In this document: positions 58,177-64,000 of the stretch, piece after piece
Numbering within the stretch: position 1 is the first letter of the stretch
How the letters are laid out: each line of letters starts with the position of its first letter
Virus record (IMG/VR): IMGVR_UViG_3300020336_000481
Span: 32,001 to 96,000 of that record
DNA: 64,000 bases
Source of the DNA: a virus
Lineage: Duplodnaviria; Caudoviricetes
Strand: one strand, 5' to 3'
Made by a program: the position numbers and the translations under genes
Notes under the pieces: model-generated
Databases searched by the model: none
Told to the model about the DNA's origin: nothing
Seen by the model: only the letters and a program-made list of their open reading frames with translations

Positions 58177-59052
58177 ATGACCAATGACAGACTAGTACAA
58201 TATCATTCAGAAAAATTCAACAGTCAAATAAATTCTGATGTAAGTATGCTAAATGACCAAGATAAAGATGTTGTTAGCAGATCAATTAATAAAGAATGGA
58301 CAAATCCTAAATTTAAATTAAAATGGTTTGTAGGTAATGCACAAATTACTCCGTATGCAAAATTTAGACAGTGGTTATTAGAAATTAAATCTAAAGAAGA
58401 GTCAATTGAAAATATGGAATATGAGATTGCTAAACATAATGTTGAAATTGAAAGATTTAAACGTATTGAAGAAGAGTCGCATGATGAATTAGATAAAAAG
58501 ATGGCTGGCATTGAAAAATGGAACAGTGAAAGACTTTTTTATACATCTAGAAGAAGATTACAAGATTGGTACTTAGAGCGTCAACAACTAATTGATCTTA
58601 TCAACGAATTTATGGAGTCAGAAGAAGGTACAGTTCCAGACGGTTCAGGCAGAACTTGGTGGGATATAATTGACACCGAAGAAGAAGATATATGGGAAAA
58701 AGAATATTGGACAAATAGGCTAGGAAAACAAGCAGCAACTGATATGATTTTTTACGGTAGAATTAACAGTGGTAACATGGATGCTATTTTACAATTACCA
58801 CCAGAACAACAAGCAGAAACATTATCACTAGCAGTTAACTTTAGTACTAAGTTACAAAGTTATCAAAATACGTTAGAAAATAAAGCACAAGAAGCAATGA
58901 AGATCGGCATAAATACAGATGATAAAGAATTATTATCACCAAAAGAAATGGCAGAGCAAATCGCATCACAGCCTGACAGAAAAACTGCTCAAAAAGAACT
59001 TGGTAATGATAAAAAACAAGGAGATTTATTAGATGAAGTATATGATATATGA
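58177..59052 (+). CDS. Hypothetical helical/coiled-coil protein
   Basis: 291 aa, SD present; QITPY...RQWLLE and EKEYW..RL.KQAA motifs; function unknown. Confidence 0.6.
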   Translation: MTNDRLVQYHSEKFNSQINSDVSMLNDQDKDVVSRSINKEWTNPKFKLKWFVGNAQITPYAKFRQWLLEIKSKEESIENMEYEIAKHNVEIERFKRIEEESHDELDKKMAGIEKWNSERLFYTSRRRLQDWYLERQQLIDLINEFMESEEGTVPDGSGRTWWDIIDTEEEDIWEKEYWTNRLGKQAATDMIFYGRINSGNMDAILQLPPEQQAETLSLAVNFSTKLQSYQNTLENKAQEAMKIGINTDDKELLSPKEMAEQIASQPDRKTAQKELGNDKKQGDLLDEVYDI

Positions 59053-59578
59053 GACCATTGGTAGCGATGACGTTAGAAATGATCCATCAAAAATTAAAAT
59101 CATAGATTATTTCTGGCTTTACACCATCTCCGAAGTATCTGATGATTTCCCACATGAATGGTTAAAAGGTGAAGAAATAACTAGGCAAGTTGCTCATTCT
59201 TACTATTTTCCTGGAGCAGTAGAGAACGAAATTAGTATTATGCGTAGTACTACTAACCCAGAAGACATGATGGAACCTACAAGTTTAGGTGATAATGACT
59301 ACGAAAAAGTAAATTATGCACTTACTGTAGACGATAGATTAAATGCTGTTAATCTTATGAAAGCAACAATGCGTTTACATGCAACACATTACTGTAAAAA
59401 TGAAGCAGAACGTAATAGATTAATTGCAGCTCTAAATACATTATCACAGTTATCTGAAACACAGATGTTTATGGCAACATATTTTGATTGGGACTGTGCA
59501 TATACGTACAATAAGACTAAAACTAAAGAATTTGATTTTAGTGTTACTGAGCCCTGGGCAGCTACTCCAATAGAATAA
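59033..59578 (+). CDS. Hypothetical protein
   Basis: 181 aa, SD AAGGAG, overlaps the preceding gene. Confidence 0.6.
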   Translation: MKYMIYETIGSDDVRNDPSKIKIIDYFWLYTISEVSDDFPHEWLKGEEITRQVAHSYYFPGAVENEISIMRSTTNPEDMMEPTSLGDNDYEKVNYALTVDDRLNAVNLMKATMRLHATHYCKNEAERNRLIAALNTLSQLSETQMFMATYFDWDCAYTYNKTKTKEFDFSVTEPWAATPIE

Positions 59579-59585
59579 AAATCAC

Positions 59586-59614
59586 TTGCATTGATATATT
59601 ACCTGTGCTATAAT
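59586..59614 (+). promoter_or_regulatory. Sigma70 promoter (extended -10) for the enzyme cluster
   Basis: TTGCAT (59586-59591), 17 nt, TATAAT (59609-59614), with TG at 59606-59607. Confidence 0.75.
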
Positions 59615-59636
59615 AAGTATAGTATAGGAGATACAT

Positions 59637-61310
59637 TTGCCAAAAAATATTTTTAGTGTTCCGTTAAATCCAAAATTAACGCCTGAGCAATTTATTACAT
59701 TTTATAACTTTTTATTAGAACATAAAGAGTATATTAGAGATGTATATTTTACCTGCAGGATTGCGCCTTTTATGAAAGATGCAATGGGTGATATTTTTGT
59801 TAATGATGATGATTACGATCATGCTATTGAACAAGCATTAGTAATTCAAAACAATCTTGGTATTCCGATAAGTGCAACATTTAATAATATACAGGTCCCT
59901 CCTAGCCAAAAAAACTTAGATATTTTTATTAAGAATTTTAAACCTCTTTATGATAGAGGTATTAAGGTTGCTACAATTCCACACACGCATTGGATGGCAA
60001 CTGGTCAAATTAAACGTGCTTTTCCAGAACTATATGTAAAAAATACAATTCTTAGAGATGTTAGAGTTGCTGCAGAAATTGTAAATTTAGCAAAATACGG
60101 ATTTGATTACATTAACTTAGACAGAGACTTAATGCGTGACAGGGATACATTGTTAAGGTTAGTTGAAGCTAAAAAATGGATTAAAGACAATTTAAATAAA
60201 GAAGTACATTATAGCTTACTAGCCAATGAAGGATGCAAGGGCAACTGTCCTATGATGGTTGAACACTTTGAATATAATAATACAAGAGAAGGCAATAGTC
60301 CTCAATATTTTAATGAACCTATTAGTAGGGTAAGTTGTCCTAAGTGGGATGTAGACGATCCTAGTGTACACTTAAAAACAGCAAATATTCCGCCTTGGAG
60401 AGAAGATTGGCAAGAGCTGTTAGATGACTTAGGAGTTGATGTATTTAAAATGCATGGTCGAGAAGCTGTTAGTAGATTATTTGAAACATTAGATATTATT
60501 AAGCGTTGGGCAAATAACGAAGATATATTATTTGATAATTTTGAAGAATACTTAAATGATAATAATTTAAAAGATAAACCTATTAATGCTTGGCGTAAAA
60601 AAATTAAAAACTGTAAGTTTGATTGTTGGGAATGTCATTTTTGTGATGACATTTATAAAATTAAATCAAAGAATGATCATACAGACTTAGTTAAGCATGT
60701 AGCACAAGCTATACTTGATAGCGGAGTTCCTAGTGTAAATATTAAAATACCAGGCTTGACATCTAGAAGAGTACAGACATTATTAAATTTAATTGCTAAA
60801 AAAAGTAATCTGTATATGGAACTTGGAAGTGGACTAGGTGCAACTTTGTGTAGTGTTCTTTACAAAAATAATATAAATGCTATTGCTATTGACAACTGGG
60901 AACAAAATATACAACCTGCTAGGAAAGACTTACCTAATTTACCAGATAATCAATTTGATATGTTTTATAAAAATGTTCAAGATAGTAAAGGTCCTAATGA
61001 TGTACAAATAATAAATGAAGATTTATTTTATGTTGATCCTTCTAAGTATAGTAATGTAGACTTCTGGTTTTATGACGGACCACATGATCAAGAAAGCACT
61101 GCAAAAGCTATTATAAGATATGCACCATGTTTAGCAGATCAATCTGTATTAATATTTGACGATGCTAATTGGCAAGGAGTAGTTGACGGTGCTAGAGAAG
61201 GTGTTAATCAAGCAGGTTTAGTGGTTAATTATGAAAAAATTGTGTTAGGAGACGAAGAAGACCCTAACGGATGGTGGAACGGTTTGTATATAATGGTGGT
61301 AGAAAAATGA
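59637..61310 (+). CDS. Peptidase-U32-like Fe-S domain fused to a class I SAM-dependent methyltransferase (TTG start)
   Basis: LDRD..RD, ANEGCKGNCP...H, FKMHGRE, CKFDCWECHFC; then MELGSGLG.T, FYDGPH, LIFDD. Confidence 0.7.
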   Translation: MPKNIFSVPLNPKLTPEQFITFYNFLLEHKEYIRDVYFTCRIAPFMKDAMGDIFVNDDDYDHAIEQALVIQNNLGIPISATFNNIQVPPSQKNLDIFIKNFKPLYDRGIKVATIPHTHWMATGQIKRAFPELYVKNTILRDVRVAAEIVNLAKYGFDYINLDRDLMRDRDTLLRLVEAKKWIKDNLNKEVHYSLLANEGCKGNCPMMVEHFEYNNTREGNSPQYFNEPISRVSCPKWDVDDPSVHLKTANIPPWREDWQELLDDLGVDVFKMHGREAVSRLFETLDIIKRWANNEDILFDNFEEYLNDNNLKDKPINAWRKKIKNCKFDCWECHFCDDIYKIKSKNDHTDLVKHVAQAILDSGVPSVNIKIPGLTSRRVQTLLNLIAKKSNLYMELGSGLGATLCSVLYKNNINAIAIDNWEQNIQPARKDLPNLPDNQFDMFYKNVQDSKGPNDVQIINEDLFYVDPSKYSNVDFWFYDGPHDQESTAKAIIRYAPCLADQSVLIFDDANWQGVVDGAREGVNQAGLVVNYEKIVLGDEEDPNGWWNGLYIMVVEK

Positions 61311-62830
61311 ATAAACAAATAAAAGAATTAATTATTTTTGGTGGCGGAACCAGTGGTTGGTTGACAGCGTCATACTTGGTAAAAAATTTACAGTCTCCTT
61401 GTAAAATTACACTTATAGAAGACGTGTCAGCAGGACCTATTGGTGTAGGAGAAGGCACACAGCCTCTTACTGCAAAGTTTTTATTTGAATGTGGCATTGA
61501 TCCTAAAAGGTGGATGAAGCCAAGTAATGCAGCATTCAAATACGGAGTTGAGCTAACGGGCTGGAACGATATACCTTATTTTGTAGACAATGATACTCCT
61601 ACTAACTATATGGCTTCACAAATTGATTTTATTAATAGATATTTTCATAACCAACCTTACGAAGAATATGCAAAATGGCATCCTGCATATAGATTAGCTA
61701 AGAAAAATGTAAGTCCTAAATTAGAAACAAACTTAGATGTTAGTTTTGGAATAGGACCAGAGGGGTTTGGTGCTGTACATTTTAGTGCATATGATATTAT
61801 AGATACTCTTAAAAAAATAGTAGGTCCAAAAATTATTCATGTAGATGCTAAAATAGTACAAGCAAAAACTAACTCCGAAGGCATAAGTGATCTTATAGAC
61901 GATAAGGGTAACACATATACTGCAGATTTATTTTTAGATTGTAGTGGATTTAAAAGTGCATTGTTAGGCAAAGGAGTAAAAAGCGAATTTGTATCATATA
62001 AAGAACAAGGTTGGTTATTAAATGATAGTGCAGTAGCAATGCCAACACAATATACTAATCCTCAAGAAGAGTGCCATCCGTATACAAAAGCTACTACAAT
62101 GACAAGTGGTTGGCGTTGGACTATCCCAACATATAAAAGAATTGGAAACGGATACGTTTATAGTAGTGATTTCTTAAGTGAAGAAGAAGCTGAAAAAGAA
62201 TTAAGAGAATCAGTAAATGATTTTGAAACCCCTGTAAAACATTTAAAAATGAGATGTGGATCGCATAAAGAAGTTGCAAAGAAAAATGTAGTGGGCATTG
62301 GATTAGCGGCTGGATTTATTGAACCACTAGAAGCAACCGGCATAACATTTACAACATCTTTAGCTAAAAGTGTTACAGACTTATTAAATCTAAATGGAAT
62401 GAATTGGGACGATAAAGTACGTGATTTTATTAATCAAGGCTTTTACGAAATGTCAACAGAAATACTTGCATTTGTATGGAGTCATTATCACTTTAGCAAA
62501 AAAGATGATACTCCTTATTGGAAAGCAATAAGAGAACAAAAACTTACAGATTTGCCTTCCGACGCTCAACATATTATTTCACAGTATTGGCCAAAGCCTA
62601 AACCGTTTTTATTCTTTAGTCAGCAATCTATGTTTACTAGTATTCAATGGTGGTCAATGATTCATGCAGGAGGAGGTTATAATACTTCTATTAGTTTAAG
62701 TGAAAAAGAAAAAGATTATTTTGAGTATTTTATAAAAAATACTAACAACAGAATAGAAATGGCTGAGGAGTTATTTCCCAATCATTATGAATTTTTAAAG
62801 GAGTGGTATGACGAATGGAAAATAAGTTAG
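61307..62830 (+). CDS. Flavin-dependent halogenase (tryptophan halogenase PrnA family)
   Basis: GGGTSG, IGVGEGT, putative catalytic Lys in FKYG, DCSGF, WRWTIP (WxWxIP), GFIEPLEATG. Start moved from 61271 to 61307 (ATGA overlap, GGTGG SD). Confidence 0.9.
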   Translation: MNKQIKELIIFGGGTSGWLTASYLVKNLQSPCKITLIEDVSAGPIGVGEGTQPLTAKFLFECGIDPKRWMKPSNAAFKYGVELTGWNDIPYFVDNDTPTNYMASQIDFINRYFHNQPYEEYAKWHPAYRLAKKNVSPKLETNLDVSFGIGPEGFGAVHFSAYDIIDTLKKIVGPKIIHVDAKIVQAKTNSEGISDLIDDKGNTYTADLFLDCSGFKSALLGKGVKSEFVSYKEQGWLLNDSAVAMPTQYTNPQEECHPYTKATTMTSGWRWTIPTYKRIGNGYVYSSDFLSEEEAEKELRESVNDFETPVKHLKMRCGSHKEVAKKNVVGIGLAAGFIEPLEATGITFTTSLAKSVTDLLNLNGMNWDDKVRDFINQGFYEMSTEILAFVWSHYHFSKKDDTPYWKAIREQKLTDLPSDAQHIISQYWPKPKPFLFFSQQSMFTSIQWWSMIHAGGGYNTSISLSEKEKDYFEYFIKNTNNRIEMAEELFPNHYEFLKEWYDEWKIS

Positions 62831-63396
62831 CACTAGTTCATGCAGATTTATGGTCAAAAAGTAATGTTGGTACTATAGATCAACGACAAGATTTACTAAA
62901 ACAAATTCTTGCAGCAAAACAAGAAGGCAGTGTAGAAATTCAAGAAAGCAATGCAGGATGCTGGAGGTCAAGAGTAGAATATGAAAATTTAGATTGGCTG
63001 TTTACAGATCTTAAAACAATAGTTCAAAATGCTAGTGAATATTACTTTGATATTGACGAAGTATTTAGAAGTAGAGTGGTTGACAAACAAGTTAAATTTA
63101 GTTATTGGACAAACGTAAACGAATATAATGCATCTAATGTATTACATACACATAACAAAGACACGTTTACAGCTACATATTATCTACAAGGTAGTAGCAC
63201 AGGAACACTTAATTTTGTAAATCCTGCTAACATGACTTTAGAATGTTCAAACATATCACCAATGACGAGATCTGTTGCTGTTCAACCAGAAGATGGAGAT
63301 TTATTTGTGTGGCCAGGCTGGGTGCCACATGAAGTTGTACCTAATCCTAGTCAAAGGCAACGAATTAATATTGCATTTAGTATACAAGTATCATGA
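62815..63396 (+). CDS. 2OG-Fe(II) oxygenase (TIGR02466-like)
   Basis: WTNVN, HTH, TYYL, P..GDL..WP.W.PH.V, RINIAF. Confidence 0.85.
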   Translation: MENKLALVHADLWSKSNVGTIDQRQDLLKQILAAKQEGSVEIQESNAGCWRSRVEYENLDWLFTDLKTIVQNASEYYFDIDEVFRSRVVDKQVKFSYWTNVNEYNASNVLHTHNKDTFTATYYLQGSSTGTLNFVNPANMTLECSNISPMTRSVAVQPEDGDLFVWPGWVPHEVVPNPSQRQRINIAFSIQVS

Positions 63397-64000
63397 TTTT
63401 TAAAAAGAAAAATAAAATAGAGTTTTTTTCAAAAGTTCCTGGAGTAGCGGAAACATTTCCAATTATTCCTACATCTAAGTTTAAACCTAAATGGGTAGAA
63501 GCATGTAAAAACGACTTTATAAGAAATAAAGGTTCTAAACAACCTAGTCACTTACAACTATGCCCTGGTATATTTGAAGTGTACAAATACGGGTACGTAG
63601 TTCCAATGTGGCATGATGTTACAATAAAAACTTTTAGAGATAGGGAAGATTTTGAAGCTGGAACTCCTAGTAAGCATTTAAATGAAATGTATAACGGAGA
63701 AGTAGTAGGTACACATCCTTATGAAATAACAAAATGGCTACCAAAAAGACCTTACAGTAAACATGCATTTGTTAAATTAAACACACCTTGGCATGTTATT
63801 GCTCCGCCTGGTGTAAAGTTTTTAGTTATACCTATCCCTTATGCTGACAATTATGACTATGAAAGTGCTATCGGAATCTTAGACCCTTCAGTAAGTACAG
63901 AAGTAAATATCCAAGCATACTGGAATGTAAATGAAGGAGAAAGAAAAATATTTGCAGGAACACCTATGATGCAACTTGTTCCTATAAGTGAAAAGTCGTT
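63393..64000 (+). CDS. Hypothetical protein (DUF6065/dUTPase-fold-like), runs off the right edge
   Basis: Not in the ORF track; ATGA overlap. Reads MIFKKKNKIEFFSKVPG...CPGIF....GYVVPMWHD...KLNTPW....PPG...GILD...AGTPMMQLVP. Confidence 0.6.
   Translation, partial: MIFKKKNKIEFFSKVPGVAETFPIIPTSKFKPKWVEACKNDFIRNKGSKQPSHLQLCPGIFEVYKYGYVVPMWHDVTIKTFRDREDFEAGTPSKHLNEMYNGEVVGTHPYEITKWLPKRPYSKHAFVKLNTPWHVIAPPGVKFLVIPIPYADNYDYESAIGILDPSVSTEVNIQAYWNVNEGERKIFAGTPMMQLVPISEKS

Noticed and set aside
61271-61306. Longer N-terminus for the halogenase as given in the ORF track
   Set aside because: The ATG at 61307 has an ATGA overlap and SD-like GGTGG, and places the GxGxxG motif near the N-terminus as in the family.
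1-64000. Stop-codon reassignment
   Set aside because: Core genes are full length under the standard code; TAA, TAG and TGA all end genes at plausible positions.

Overview
64 kb of an AT-rich, T4-like (myovirus) dsDNA phage genome. The gene content resembles aquatic/marine T4-like phages; the host cannot be identified from this window. Left to right: (1) minus-strand baseplate module (1-10122); (2) sigma70-driven gp55 late sigma factor and gp47/gp46 recombination nuclease, then a small GIY-YIG nuclease followed by a ~500 nt highly structured region with no listed ORF; (3) gp26/gp51-like pair with a candidate -1 frameshift, divergent from a tape-measure-like gene; (4) head module (portal, a Maf/Cst-II-like transferase, acidic core protein, gp21 protease, gp22 scaffold, gp23 capsid); (5) a ~220 nt structured ncRNA candidate with its own sigma70 promoter and terminator; (6) ~31 kb of paralogous fibre/appendage genes, two with structured 5' leaders; (7) a tailoring-enzyme cluster (U32-like/methyltransferase fusion, flavin-dependent halogenase, 2OG-Fe(II) oxygenase). 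Late promoters follow (A/G)TAAATA. No tRNA, rRNA, CRISPR array, integrase or reverse transcriptase was seen. The best novelty candidates are the two large non-coding structured elements, the gp26/gp51 frameshift, the leaderless late genes and a possible virion-modification system. All product calls come from motif recognition and synteny by eye; no database search or folding program was run.
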